This document shows positions 49,099-59,200 of a DNA stretch of 64,000 nt, piece after piece. Every line of letters begins with the position of its first letter. Position 1 is the first letter of the stretch. The stretch is from Spirochaetia bacterium (GTDB lineage Bacteria > Spirochaetota > Spirochaetia > DSM-2461). The stretch spans positions 1,440,001 to 1,504,000 of the forward strand of contig CAXXIA010000001.1 of assembly GCA_963666985.2 (NCBI GenBank), written 5' to 3'. The position numbers and the translations under genes are program-made. A model generated the notes under the pieces. That model saw nothing but the letters and a program-made list of their open reading frames with translations, was not told the DNA's origin and searched no databases.

Positions 49099-49841
49099 TC
49101 CTCCCGGCCCGAGACGCTGATGGAATCGAACTTCTCGAGCATAACATTGATCGCTTTATGCAGATTCGCCCTCATCGGGACGGTATACGGATTGTATCTC
49201 TGCAGGTCGATGAACAATCCCCATGGATCGTTGCAGGTTTGCCGAACGATGTCCAGCAGATCGCGGTAGCCTTCCGTGGCGATGGGACTTTCGGTTAAGT
49301 TCAGTTCTCCGAGGACACGTCCGATGAAATGGGTGATTCCCTGAGTATAGGCGGCTTCCTCGTCATGTCTCTGGGGAGTCATTTCCACCACGTTCAAACC
49401 CATGGCCTCAAAGTGACCGCGCCAGAGATCGGCAGAATCGGAGGACATCCTCATCGGCGCGAAGACCAGAGGCAAACCCCGAAGCCCGTTTCGTCCGGAA
49501 TCGGGACCGAACATGGGATGAGTCGCCAATATCCCGACATCTTCGGGAAGGAGTCTCATCATGGCCTCGGCCGGATGAACTTTCACCGAGCAGGTATCCA
49601 TTACCAAGGTTCCCGGCTTCAAACGTCCGGCGATCCGCCTGAGAACATCTTCCATCGCGGAAATGGCAACACAAAGCACCACCGCGTCGGCGGCCAAAAC
49701 TTCCTCTTCGCTTCCACGTCTCACGCCTTCGGGCACCGGCCTTTCGGGATTTCGGGAATAACCGACAACATCGAAACGCTCGGAAAGATGCTTGGCCCAG
49801 AAAGAACCGAAACGGCCAAGGCCGTATACACCCACGATCAT
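49095..49841 (-). CDS. tyrA: Prephenate/arogenate dehydrogenase
   Basis: GVYGLGRFG, DTCSVK, THPMFGP, HD...A.TQG.TH. Start taken at the second ATG (49841). Confidence 0.9.
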   Translation of the reverse strand: MIVGVYGLGRFGSFWAKHLSERFDVVGYSRNPERPVPEGVRRGSEEEVLAADAVVLCVAISAMEDVLRRIAGRLKPGTLVMDTCSVKVHPAEAMMRLLPEDVGILATHPMFGPDSGRNGLRGLPLVFAPMRMSSDSADLWRGHFEAMGLNVVEMTPQRHDEEAAYTQGITHFIGRVLGELNLTESPIATEGYRDLLDIVRQTCNDPWGLFIDLQRYNPYTVPMRANLHKAINVMLEKFDSISVSGREE

Positions 49842-50097
49842 ACGGCCGATCATATCACCGGGAAAGAATCGGGCAAACCCATCTTGAACAGCAACGGCAT
49901 CTCATTTGCCGCGGAATCGGCCGTGGAAGCGGCCGCGGAAAACAATTCGGCCGCCGGTCTTTCGGCAAATAAGTCCGAAGCCGCCGGCAATCACCGCCCC
50001 GTCTTCTCTCCCCAGGCATTGATGCGTTAAGATTAAAGAATAAAGAAAAGCTCTTTTTTATGAGCTTCAAATAAACCAACCGGGGGTAAACAGCACC

Positions 50098-51093
50098 ATG
50101 ACATTCACCGAAAAAATGACTAAAAAAGCCCGTTCCATGGGTAAAACACTCGTTCTGCCGGAAGGCACCGAGCCCCGAACCATCAAGGCGGCCCGCATCG
50201 TAACCGATGAAAAAATAGCGTCCGGGGTTACCCTGATCGGCAATCCCGATGCCGTAGCCAAGGCGGCTTCCGATGCCGGAGTGAGCCTGAACGGCATTGC
50301 CGTCGTAGATCCCTCCTCTTCCGATAAGCTCAACGCCTATGCGGCCGAATATTACGAACTGCGCAAGGCCAAAGGAATTACCGAAGAGGAAGCCCGTGCC
50401 AAAATCATCGATCCTCTCCTCTGGGGAGCCATGATGGTTCGGCTGGACGATGCCGACGCCATGGTGGCCGGCGCGGAAAACGCTACCGCCAAGGTTCTTG
50501 TCGCGGGATTTACCATTGTGAAAACCGCTCCGGGAGTCAAATCCGCCTCGTCCTGTTTCGTCATGGATTTTCCCGATAAGAAATGGGGAAAAGACGGCCT
50601 GATGATCTTTTCCGACTGCGCCACCATACCCGAACCGACCGTGGATCAGCTCGCCGAAATCGCCACCGCCTCGGCGGCTTCCTGCAGAACCTTTCTGCAG
50701 ACCGAACCGATAGTGGCCATGCTTTCCTTCTCAACGAAGGGCTCGGCTTCTCATCCTCTGGTGGACAAAGTCACCGAAGCCCTGGCCAAGGTAAAACAAA
50801 CGGCTCCGGATCTGAACATCGACGGAGAGCTGCAGCTTGATGCCGCCATCATTCCTTCCGTCGGTGAGAAAAAAGCTCCCGGATCTCCGGTTGCGGGCAA
50901 AGCCAACACTCTGATATTCCCGGATCTTCAAGCGGGAAACATCGGCTATAAAATCGCCCAGAGATTCGCCGGAGCCGGCGCATACGGTCCGTTTCTCCAA
51001 GGATTCGCGAAACCGATCTCGGATCTCTCCCGCGGCGCTTCGGTGGATGATATCGTCAACACCTGCGCCGTCACGCTCACCCAGGCGGAGTAA
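50098..51093 (+). CDS. pta: Phosphate acetyltransferase
   Basis: LVLPEG, SDCA..P.P, AMLSFST.GS, DGELQLDAA, FPDLQAGNIGYK, DLSRG. Confidence 0.96.
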   Translation: MTFTEKMTKKARSMGKTLVLPEGTEPRTIKAARIVTDEKIASGVTLIGNPDAVAKAASDAGVSLNGIAVVDPSSSDKLNAYAAEYYELRKAKGITEEEARAKIIDPLLWGAMMVRLDDADAMVAGAENATAKVLVAGFTIVKTAPGVKSASSCFVMDFPDKKWGKDGLMIFSDCATIPEPTVDQLAEIATASAASCRTFLQTEPIVAMLSFSTKGSASHPLVDKVTEALAKVKQTAPDLNIDGELQLDAAIIPSVGEKKAPGSPVAGKANTLIFPDLQAGNIGYKIAQRFAGAGAYGPFLQGFAKPISDLSRGASVDDIVNTCAVTLTQAE

Positions 51094-51096
51094 GGC

Positions 51097-51894
51097 ATGA
51101 ACGTCGTCATCGTCGGATACGGACGCATGGGGAAGCTCATCGAGTCCATCCTCGTCGAACGCGGCCATAAGATTGTCCGCAGAGTGGATTCAATGGGGCT
51201 GGGAGATACGCAAAACCTCACTTCGGCCGCCCTGACCGGCGCGGACGGCGTTATCGAGTTCGCTCTTGCGGAAGGGATTTTGGATCGGATCGCCCTCTAC
51301 GCCGAAGCCGGTGTTAAAACGGTCATCGGAACAACCGGGTGGAACGATTCGCTCTTTGCCGCCGAATCTCTTTATAAAAGCTCCGAACAAAAAAGCACGG
51401 GCGCTCAAGGCGATCCGGCAATCTCAAACGGCACACGCCGCGGAGCCCTTCTTTGGGGCAGTAACTTTTCCCTCGGCGCCCATATGTTTTTCCGCCTCAG
51501 CCGGGCCGCGGCCAGGCTGGTGAACAAAGCCGAAGAATACGATGTGTCCCTTATCGAATATCATCACAATAAAAAAGCCGATTATCCTTCGGGAACGGCT
51601 TTGACGGCCGCCGAAGGCGTTCTTGCCGAGCTGGACCGCAAAAAACGGATCATTAAGGATCTGCCCGACGGTCCCATACCGCCGGAAGATCTTCAGGTGG
51701 CCTCGGTCCGCGTCGGCTCGGTTCCCGGGATTCACGAAATGCGCATGGATTCTCCCGCCGATTTTCTGACGGTTCGGCACGAAGCCAGAAATCGCGGGGG
51801 ACTGGCACTGGGCGCCGTTCGGGGATTGGAATGGCTTGAAGACAAAACCGGCTGGTTCGAGGCTGAAGCTTTTTTCGACGATTTATTGGTATAA
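51097..51894 (+). CDS. dapB: 4-hydroxy-tetrahydrodipicolinate reductase
   Basis: GYGRMG, IGTTGW, NFSLG, EYHHNKKADYPSGTA, HEA.NR..LA.GA. Confidence 0.93.
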   Translation: MNVVIVGYGRMGKLIESILVERGHKIVRRVDSMGLGDTQNLTSAALTGADGVIEFALAEGILDRIALYAEAGVKTVIGTTGWNDSLFAAESLYKSSEQKSTGAQGDPAISNGTRRGALLWGSNFSLGAHMFFRLSRAAARLVNKAEEYDVSLIEYHHNKKADYPSGTALTAAEGVLAELDRKKRIIKDLPDGPIPPEDLQVASVRVGSVPGIHEMRMDSPADFLTVRHEARNRGGLALGAVRGLEWLEDKTGWFEAEAFFDDLLV

Positions 51895-51970
51895 TCCGAT
51901 TTTTCTGAGAAAATAACGGGATACAACCATGGCATCGCTTTGCAGCGCGGTGTCCGAAAGGGAGAAAAAC

Positions 51971-52846
51971 ATGATTTCCGGAGTCATGACGGCGTTGGTC
52001 ACGCCATTCAGGACGGACCGTTCCATCGACGTGGACGCGCTTGACCGTCTGGTGGACATGCAGATTGAGAACGGTGTGGACGCCCTGGTGCCCATGGGAA
52101 CCACCGGGGAAAGCCCCACGGTCAGCCATGATGAAAACATGGAAGTGGTTGAGCGCGTTATCCGCCGCTCAGGCGGACGCGTGCCGATTATCGCGGGAAC
52201 GGGATCCAACAGTACCGATGAGGCGATCCGCATGACCAAAATCGCCAAAAGCATCGGCGCGAACTACAGCCTTCAGGTGGCTCCCTACTACAACAAACCG
52301 ACACAGGAAGGTTTATACCGTCATTTCAGCACCATCGCGGACACCGTGGACATTCCCCTGGTTGTTTACAACATCAAAGGCCGCACCGGTGTGAACATAG
52401 AAACCCCGACGCTCATGAAGCTGGCGAATCACCCGAACATCGTCGCCGTTAAGGAAGCTTCGGGAGATTTATCCCAAATGATGGATGTTTTGAAGCAGAA
52501 GCCCAAGGACTTCATCGTTCTCTCGGGCGACGACAATATGGCGCTCCCATTAACCCTGCTCGGCGGAGCGGGTGTTATCTCGGTGGCTTCCAATATTATT
52601 CCCCGATATATGTGTGAAATGATCAACGCCGCCCGAAAGGGCGACGTCGACAAAGCCCGTACGATGCACTTTGAACTGCTGCCGCTGTTTAAGGCCATGT
52701 TCCTTGAGACAAATCCCATTCCGGTAAAATCCTGTTTGGCTCAGATGGGACTGATGGAACCGGTCTGGCGCCTTCCTCTCTGTCCGCCGGCGGACTCAAC
52801 GGTATCGGCTCTCAAGGATATTCTGAAAAGGCAGGGACTGCTTTAA
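51971..52846 (+). CDS. dapA: 4-hydroxy-tetrahydrodipicolinate synthase
   Basis: TALVTPF, GTTGES, GTGSNST, PYYNKP, YNI..RTG, VKEASG, SGDD, TNPIPVK. Start moved to ATG 51971 after GGGAG. Confidence 0.96.
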   Translation: MISGVMTALVTPFRTDRSIDVDALDRLVDMQIENGVDALVPMGTTGESPTVSHDENMEVVERVIRRSGGRVPIIAGTGSNSTDEAIRMTKIAKSIGANYSLQVAPYYNKPTQEGLYRHFSTIADTVDIPLVVYNIKGRTGVNIETPTLMKLANHPNIVAVKEASGDLSQMMDVLKQKPKDFIVLSGDDNMALPLTLLGGAGVISVASNIIPRYMCEMINAARKGDVDKARTMHFELLPLFKAMFLETNPIPVKSCLAQMGLMEPVWRLPLCPPADSTVSALKDILKRQGLL

Positions 52847-53087
52847 AACTCTGCCGCCGATGAGGCTTCCGTCGATTACCGCCGGAGGCCGCCGGTGATT
52901 CTTAAAAAACTCGGCTTGCTCCCATGGGCACGAGTGTTTATTACCCGCTTGAATATGTCTGGACAGAGGGGCCGTATTTCGTGTATAGTCCGACGTCGCG
53001 GTCAGTTAAGAAGTTTTTCCATTAGCCCCTCTTCGAGACGCCGTGAAAGAGTGGACTCCCACATTCCGTGGGCCAAAAGGAGGAGTA

Positions 53088-53624
53088 TTGGCCGTTAAAG
53101 AAATGCGGATCAATGAAGATATCCGCGTCAGAGAAGTCCGACTGATCGATCAGGACGGCGAGCAGGCCGGGATAGTCCCTACGACGGATGCTCTGAATAT
53201 GGCGAAGGAATTGGGACTCGATCTCGTGGAAGTGTCTCCCCAAGCCAGACCTCCGGTCTGCAAGCTCCTCAATTACGGCAAGTACAAGTACGAACTGGAA
53301 AAAAAGTCCAGGGAGCAGAAGAAAAAAGCCAGCCAAGTGCGTCTGAAGGAAGTGCGGATGCAGCCTAAAATCGAGCAGCACGATATGGCTTTTAAGACCA
53401 AACATGTCCAGGAGTTCCTGGACCAGGGCAATAAAGTCAAGGTAACCATCCGTTTCCGGGGGCGGGAACTTGCTCACACGGAACTTGGGAAGGATAAACT
53501 TGATTCAATTCTGGAGCTTCTTGAGGAGGACAGCTACAGAATCGACAGCCCGCCTCGAATGGAAGGACGGTTTATGTCCATGCTCCTCAGTCCCAAGTCG
53601 AAAAAACCGGCTGGGAAAAGTTAA
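53088..53624 (+). CDS. infC: Translation initiation factor IF-3 (probable TTG start)
   Basis: RINEDIR..EVRLI, LDLVEV.P...PPVCK, KEVR, FRGRE. In-frame TTG immediately after AGGAGGAG. Confidence 0.95.
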   Translation: MAVKEMRINEDIRVREVRLIDQDGEQAGIVPTTDALNMAKELGLDLVEVSPQARPPVCKLLNYGKYKYELEKKSREQKKKASQVRLKEVRMQPKIEQHDMAFKTKHVQEFLDQGNKVKVTIRFRGRELAHTELGKDKLDSILELLEEDSYRIDSPPRMEGRFMSMLLSPKSKKPAGKS

Positions 53625-53758
53625 GGAATCCCTCGGCGGAAAGAGGGAGACGGAGAAGGCCCGAGGCATGAAGCCGGAGGCATAAAGCGGGTCCGCAGGA
53701 TGCGGATCTTTGCGAACAATTCCCGATTCCGCCGTATATAAAAGGAAAGGTAGAAGCC

Positions 53759-53956
53759 ATGCCGAAAGTCAAAACGAGAAAAAGCGCGGCCAAAAGGTTT
53801 AAGAAAACCGCCGGCGGTAAATTCATGTACAAATGTCAGGGAACCAGACATATTCTCACGAAGAAGTCACCCAAACGCAAACGCAATTTGCGTCACAGTC
53901 ATGTTGTCAGCGACGTTGAAGTACCTCGGCTGAACCGAATGCTTCCCTACGCATAA
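53759..53956 (+). CDS. rpmI: 50S ribosomal protein L35
   Basis: [26 protein letters not shown]. Confidence 0.97.
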   Translation: MPKVKTRKSAAKRFKKTAGGKFMYKCQGTRHILTKKSPKRKRNLRHSHVVSDVEVPRLNRMLPYA

Positions 53957-53979
53957 GCAAAGAATCAGGAGAACGAATT

Positions 53980-54339
53980 ATGCCAAGAGCAGTAGACGGA
54001 ACAAGACGCAAAGACAGACGGAAGAAAATTCTCAATCAGGCCAGCGGGTACTGGGGAAGACGCAGTAAGCTCACTCGCGTTGCAAAAGATACGGTTCGTA
54101 AAGCGGGACAGTATGCATACCGCGACAGGAAAGTTAAGAAACGGGATTTCCGCCAACTCTGGATCGCCCGTATCTCGGCTGCGACTCGAGCGGAAGGACT
54201 TACCTACTCCCGATTTATCAACGGTCTGAATAAGGCCAACATCGAGATTAACCGAAAAGTCCTCTCCAACATGGCCATTGAAGATCCCGCATCCTTCAAG
54301 GCTTTGGTGGAAACCGCCCGAAAAAGCCTCGAGAGCTGA
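53980..54339 (+). CDS. rplT: 50S ribosomal protein L20
   Basis: YAYRDRK.KKRDFR.LWI.RI, YSRFI.GL, INRKVLS.MA. Confidence 0.97.
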   Translation: MPRAVDGTRRKDRRKKILNQASGYWGRRSKLTRVAKDTVRKAGQYAYRDRKVKKRDFRQLWIARISAATRAEGLTYSRFINGLNKANIEINRKVLSNMAIEDPASFKALVETARKSLES

Positions 54340-54572
54340 TCATGAATCCGGCACGTCCCTCCGGACGTGCCGAGAATCCGTAATACACAGCTTAAAATCA
54401 CCGTAACCGCACAGAAGAGAACCCTTCAAAGACTGTCGGCGTTCTTCTCAATACAGATAATATGAAGCTGAAAGGGAATATTCTACGGTCCGGGAACTCT
54501 ATCATTGCGTCGTTTTTTCTTTCAGGCGATAATTCCCTATTGGAATCCCAAGCATCCTAAGGAGAAACCGAC

Positions 54573-55352
54573 ATGATCAGCCTCGAGCAGGTACGGCAAT
54601 TAGATATTCGCGTAAAGAAGGCGGTAACCGCCGTTAAGAACCTCAGTACCGAAAACGCGGAGTTAAAACGGCATATAGCCGAACTTGAATCCCGCTTGAG
54701 TGAATTAACCCGAGAAGCCTCCGACAGACAAGAAGATGAAAAACGCCTTGAGGTAAGCCTTCAAGGCGTTCTTGATGTCCTTGACGAAGTGGAAGGAGAA
54801 ACCTCGGACATCGAACCCGAATCCGTTGAGGTAGAAAATCCCGCCGCGGACGAAGAATTCGATGAAACGGAAGAAATCTCCGCGGAACCGGCGGATCAAG
54901 AAGACGAAGAGTCGAAGAATCTTTCGGAAGCCCCTTTGGAATTCGAAAACGACGAAGAGGAAGAAAATCAATCCGCCGTAAATGAAGTTGAAGACTCTCC
55001 GGAAGCGGCGGATGAAACTGAAACGGAAGAAATCCCCGCGGAAGCGGCGGATCAGGAAGACGAAGAATCAAAAAATCTTTCGGAAGCCCCTTTGGAATTT
55101 GAAAGCGACGAAGAGGAAGAAAATCAATCCGCCGTAAATGAAGTTGAAGACTCTTCGGAAGCGGCGGATGAAGAACCGCCTTCCCTTAATCTTGAGGATG
55201 CCGCCGAGAGTGAAGAATCGATTCGAACAACGGTTTTTGAAGATACCGACGAAGAGAATGATACTGAATCGGAAGAGGAAATCTCTTTAGAGGAAAATAC
55301 CGACGAAGCGGACGACGATGATCGCTTCCAGTCGGAATTTGATATTTTCTAA
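54573..55352 (+). CDS. ZapB-like coiled-coil protein with a long acidic low-complexity tail
   Basis: N-terminal MISLEQVRQL..RV.KAV..V..L..EN..L coiled coil; directly upstream of zapA. Confidence 0.7.
   Translation: MISLEQVRQLDIRVKKAVTAVKNLSTENAELKRHIAELESRLSELTREASDRQEDEKRLEVSLQGVLDVLDEVEGETSDIEPESVEVENPAADEEFDETEEISAEPADQEDEESKNLSEAPLEFENDEEEENQSAVNEVEDSPEAADETETEEIPAEAADQEDEESKNLSEAPLEFESDEEEENQSAVNEVEDSSEAADEEPPSLNLEDAAESEESIRTTVFEDTDEENDTESEEEISLEENTDEADDDDRFQSEFDIF
54864..55172 (+). repeat. Intragenic tandem duplication, 156-bp (52-aa) unit x2
   Basis: ETEEISAEPADQEDEESKNLSEAPLEFENDEEEENQSAVNEVEDSPEAADE is repeated with 4 substitutions. Confidence 0.92.
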
Positions 55353-55660
55353 TGGCCGGCGGGAATAAGCTGACAATAAATGTCTTAGGCACCTCGTTCA
55401 CGATCCGTGCGGACGAGGATGAAGCCTATTTAAAGCGTATTCTCTGGTATCTCGAACGAAAAATCGAAGAGACCAAACAGCGAACCCCCATCGCCGATCC
55501 GATAAAAATATCCATTCTTACCAGTTTCTACATCATCGACGAATTACTTCGGGAAAAAACCCGCGGAGGAAGAGACGGTATTCTTGAGGAGGAATCCGAG
55601 GAGATGGAACGCATTGCGTTGCGGTTGATTTCTCAGATTGACGACATCATTTCCGATTAA
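55352..55660 (+). CDS. zapA: Cell division protein ZapA
   Basis: INVLG.SF.I...EDE.YL, ..IL.S..I.DEL; 102 aa. Confidence 0.8.
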   Translation: MAGGNKLTINVLGTSFTIRADEDEAYLKRILWYLERKIEETKQRTPIADPIKISILTSFYIIDELLREKTRGGRDGILEEESEEMERIALRLISQIDDIISD

Positions 55661-55723
55661 TCCCAATAAATGTTTGCGGACAGAATTGACTCGATGCGGA
55701 TCGCCTCGTAAAGTCGAAGACAC

Positions 55724-56542
55724 ATGGCCATCGTAACAAGCCGACAGCTCACAGAATATTATAATAAATACGGCAAAATCGACGTTACCTTCACGAAGGA
55801 GATTAACGATTCCCTCAGAGTTGCCCGTAATCAGATCTATTTAAAGTTCAAAGACGGACAAAGGCCTTGTATTCTCTATTCGTCGTCCATGATGGAAGCC
55901 AAGATTGTCGTCGCATTGAATGAAGATCTGATAAAAAAGGTCAAAGACGACAATCTCGTTTCACTTCGTTTCTGCTTTTACAAGGAAGACCGCAGCGATA
56001 TTTTCAGCTTTTTCGTTCAAGGCCGAATCACCGGATTAACGCTCTACAATAAAGAGAACAACCTTCATTTCGCACAAATTTCATTCACGCATAAACCGCC
56101 GGACGACATGATAGAAATCATGGGCAGTCTGCTGGAAGCCAATATCAACGCCGCCCGCAGAGCGGAAGAACGAATCGTCGTTAATAATGAAAGCCTCCGC
56201 CGTTTGGGAATCGCATCGAAAAACGCCGTCCTCCTGATCGATAGAATACCCCGTAACGGGATTATCCGAGACTTATCGTTCGGCGGCATCAAAATTATTA
56301 TAATGGGAAATCCGAAATTTCTTATCGGCAAGTTGGCGATTATTAACTTTTCCTTAAGTTCCGGAAAATCGCTTAATGTCGTCGGTGAAATCGTAAGATT
56401 CGAATCCGTCGAGGGCCGAAAAGACCTGGCGGCCCTCGCGATAAAGTATATTCCGGAAAAAGTTCCGTTCGAATACAAACTCCTCATTAATGAATACTTA
56501 AGATACGCAGGGCGAAAAAAAGCTCCGAAAGAGGCTCAATGA
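55724..56542 (+). CDS. plzA: PilZ-domain c-di-GMP receptor, PlzA-like
   Basis: RRAEER (RxxxR) and DLSFGG (DxSxxG) in the C-terminal PilZ domain, preceded by a similar-sized N-terminal domain. Confidence 0.8.
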   Translation: MAIVTSRQLTEYYNKYGKIDVTFTKEINDSLRVARNQIYLKFKDGQRPCILYSSSMMEAKIVVALNEDLIKKVKDDNLVSLRFCFYKEDRSDIFSFFVQGRITGLTLYNKENNLHFAQISFTHKPPDDMIEIMGSLLEANINAARRAEERIVVNNESLRRLGIASKNAVLLIDRIPRNGIIRDLSFGGIKIIIMGNPKFLIGKLAIINFSLSSGKSLNVVGEIVRFESVEGRKDLAALAIKYIPEKVPFEYKLLINEYLRYAGRKKAPKEAQ

Positions 56543-57633
56543 ACACCGGCGGAACCGATCCCATAGAAAAACTCCTGTGGATTGATCTTCCAGAGGATAT
56601 CGATCTCGACATGGGTGTTTTCCGGCTGAACCCCGCCGTTCCTCTGCCCATAGAACCCGAAGACGGCGAAACCATAGACATTGAAAACGTCACCTGGGAT
56701 AAAATCGTCGCGGCATGTCTTTTGGTTCTTGCCAATGAACCGTCACACATTCACGCCGCCTATTATCGGGAATTTCTAACGGCTCTCAGGCCCGAACTGA
56801 CCGAAGAGCTCCTCGAAGCTTCGCAGGGATGTATTGCGGACGGCGACTGGTCATCGGCGGAAGATGTCCTCTTGGCGCTGAGAGGTTTCGCTCCGGAATC
56901 GGCGGCGGCCATGCATGCAATGGCCCGCTATTATGACCTCCGTTCCAAATCGGAGGCTTCCGAGGCCTTTAAGGAAGCGGCCGAGGCGGCCTATTCGGAA
57001 CTCCTTTCGGATCATATCGCGCCCGCCGAGGCCTGGTTCGATGCCGGAGAATTCCGATACCGCTGCGGAGATTTCCGCCGATCGCTGGAAACCCTCGAAT
57101 ATTACCTGGATATCGCCGAAGACGGGGAGAATGTCTCCGAAGCACGCCGCATGGTGAGTCTCTGCAGAGACCAGGGTCAGGCTGATGATTTGTACATGGC
57201 GGCCTATACGGCCCTTAACGAGGGACGTCTTGAAGAAGGAACCGAATTAGCGCGTGAATTTCGCGACGGGAAACCCGGCGGCTGGCCGGGCTGGTTCCTT
57301 CTCGGCTGGGCCTTAAGGCTTTCGGAACGATGGGAAGAAGCAAGAATCGCCTTTGAGGGTGCCGTTCATCGAGGCTGCGCCGAAGGCAGCCTCTTCAACG
57401 AGCTGGCAATGTGTTTGCGGGCTCTCGGCGACTATGAATCATCGGCAAAAGCCTTGGAGCAAGCCCTTCGGCGCGATCCGGAGAACATAAAGATCCTCTC
57501 CAACATGGCCGTTCTTCAGCTTGAGAGGGGAAATGAGGCCGAGGCGCTGCGCTGGCTGAACACGGCTTTAACCATGGATCCCGACGATCCGGTGTGCAAA
57601 TCGTTAATGGAAAGAATCGAAGACAAAGAATAA
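56539..57633 (+). CDS. Tetratricopeptide-repeat protein
   Basis: WFLLGWALR, LFNELAMC, AL..DPEN.KILSN TPR patterns; ATGA overlap with plzA. Confidence 0.85.
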   Translation: MNTGGTDPIEKLLWIDLPEDIDLDMGVFRLNPAVPLPIEPEDGETIDIENVTWDKIVAACLLVLANEPSHIHAAYYREFLTALRPELTEELLEASQGCIADGDWSSAEDVLLALRGFAPESAAAMHAMARYYDLRSKSEASEAFKEAAEAAYSELLSDHIAPAEAWFDAGEFRYRCGDFRRSLETLEYYLDIAEDGENVSEARRMVSLCRDQGQADDLYMAAYTALNEGRLEEGTELAREFRDGKPGGWPGWFLLGWALRLSERWEEARIAFEGAVHRGCAEGSLFNELAMCLRALGDYESSAKALEQALRRDPENIKILSNMAVLQLERGNEAEALRWLNTALTMDPDDPVCKSLMERIEDKE

Positions 57634-57919
57634 TCCGTTTTTTTAGCGGGCCGTTCATTCAAATTCCATGCAATTGAGAAATCCTCGGCCCAGCCTTATC
57701 CTGCGCTCCGGCGGATCTTGCCCGTAAAGACCGGCCCGAAACGGCCGAACCGCTCAAGGGGGGCTGGCGGGCATTTTTTTTAAATCCCCGAACTTTTTTC
57801 TAAAGTCACCGCTTTGAGAACCGACTTTTCGGCGGATTCTCACGCGACTTAAGTTTTTTTTGAATTTTTTTTTAAAGTTTTTCAGTTCCGCCTGTCGATG
57901 ATCGAATTAGAAGAATTCC

Positions 57920-57946
57920 TAAAGTTCTCCCGCGGGATGCCGATAA
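57920..57946 (+). promoter_or_regulatory. Sigma-28 (FliA) promoter of the first flagellin
   Basis: TAAA-N15-GCCGATAA, an exact consensus match. Confidence 0.9.
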
Positions 57947-57979
57947 GCCTCCGGCCGGTAGAGCGGAAGGAAGGATTCA

Positions 57980-57997
57980 ACGGGCAAGGATGCCCGT
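57980..57997 (+). promoter_or_regulatory. CsrA-type GGA hairpin in flagellin leader 1
   Basis: ACGGGC-AAGGAT-GCCCGT; the same core occurs before the second flagellin. Confidence 0.75.
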
Positions 57998-58026
57998 AAT
58001 TCCATCATCTTTTCATGGAGGGACAG

Positions 58027-58887
58027 ATGATTATTAATCACAACATGAGCGCTTTGAATGCTCAGCGGAACCTGAAAATCGCGAACGGCGACACAATGAA
58101 CAGCATGTCCAAGCTTTCCAGCGGACTGCGCATCAACAAAGCCGGCGACGACGCTTCGGGTTTGGCGGTTTCAGAGAAAATGCGGGCCCAGATCCGCGGT
58201 TTGAACCAGGCAAGCCGGAATGCGGCGGATGGTGTCTCTTTCATCCAAACCACCGAAGGCTACCTTCAGGAAACCACGGATATTCTGCACAGAATCCGGG
58301 AACTGGCCATTCAGGCTTCGAACGGAATCTACTCCGCCGAGGACAGAATGCAGATTCAGGTCGAGGTTTCTCAGCTCGTGGACGAAGTTGACCGCATCGC
58401 TTCACATGCCCAGTTCAACGGCATGAACATGCTGACCGGCCGCTTCGCCATGGACAACGGATTCAACACCCCCACCGCTTCGATGTGGTTCCATATCGGC
58501 GCCAACATGGATCAGCGCGAAAAGGTGTACATCGGAACCATGACCGCCAATGCCCTCGATCTACGCCAAGTGGGTACCGGTTCCATCATTTCCATCAGCA
58601 CTCCCGAGCAGGCAAACCGGAATATCGGCGTCGTCGACGGAGCCCTGAAGAGAGTCAACAAACAGCGTGCCGACCTTGGCGCCTACCAGAACCGCCTTGA
58701 GATGGCCATTAAGGGCATCGACATCGGCGCCGAGAATCTGCAGGCTTCCGAAAGCCGGATTCGCGACCTGGATATGGCTTCCGGAATGGTCGAGTACACC
58801 CGGAACCAGATTCTCACCCAGTCCAGCACCGCCATGCTCGCTCAGGCGAACATGCGGGGTCAGAGCGTTCTCCAGCTGCTCCAGTAG
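58027..58887 (+). CDS. flaB: Flagellar filament core protein FlaB
   Basis: [51 protein letters not shown]. Start ATG 58027 after GGAGG. Confidence 0.98.
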   Translation: MIINHNMSALNAQRNLKIANGDTMNSMSKLSSGLRINKAGDDASGLAVSEKMRAQIRGLNQASRNAADGVSFIQTTEGYLQETTDILHRIRELAIQASNGIYSAEDRMQIQVEVSQLVDEVDRIASHAQFNGMNMLTGRFAMDNGFNTPTASMWFHIGANMDQREKVYIGTMTANALDLRQVGTGSIISISTPEQANRNIGVVDGALKRVNKQRADLGAYQNRLEMAIKGIDIGAENLQASESRIRDLDMASGMVEYTRNQILTQSSTAMLAQANMRGQSVLQLLQ

Positions 58888-58892
58888 CGGCG

Positions 58893-58920
58893 GTAACGGA
58901 GATCTTCGGATCTCCGTTAT
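58893..58920 (+). terminator. Stable cUUCGg hairpin after the first flagellin
   Basis: GTAACGGAGATC-TTCG-GATCTCCGTTAT; no U-tract, so it may stabilise the mRNA rather than terminate it. Confidence 0.6.
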
Positions 58921-59186
58921 GACCTTGTCGACTCCCCCCGCGGGGATTATACTTATCTTTGCGGGGGCATCGACTCTCCCGGGAGCTTTCTTCTTCAAAA
59001 GAACCGAATGAGGATAAGCTTTCTAAATTGATCTTTGAAAAGCACCTTCTTGAGCGAGACACGGGCGAGTGTGCCATTCCCGTTGTATTCAGCGGTAATG
59101 GTTCCTCGTGTCGAATGGGGTAAGGACGGAACGGGAGCGACGCGCTTGGTCTCCCGGAACCCACCCCGTGATCGTGAGGAAAATGA

Positions 59187-59200
59187 GGGCAAGGATGCCC
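59187..59200 (+). promoter_or_regulatory. CsrA-type GGA hairpin in flagellin leader 2
   Basis: GGGC-AAGGAT-GCCC, 25 bp before the ATG. Confidence 0.75.

Noticed and set aside
55661..55723. 6S RNA downstream of zapA, as in many proteobacteria
   Set aside because: The gap is only ~60 bp and is occupied by the plzA promoter.
57946..57960. AGCCTCCGGCC resembling part of a c-di-GMP-I riboswitch
   Set aside because: The upstream P1/GNRA elements are missing and the segment lies at the sigma-28 transcription start.
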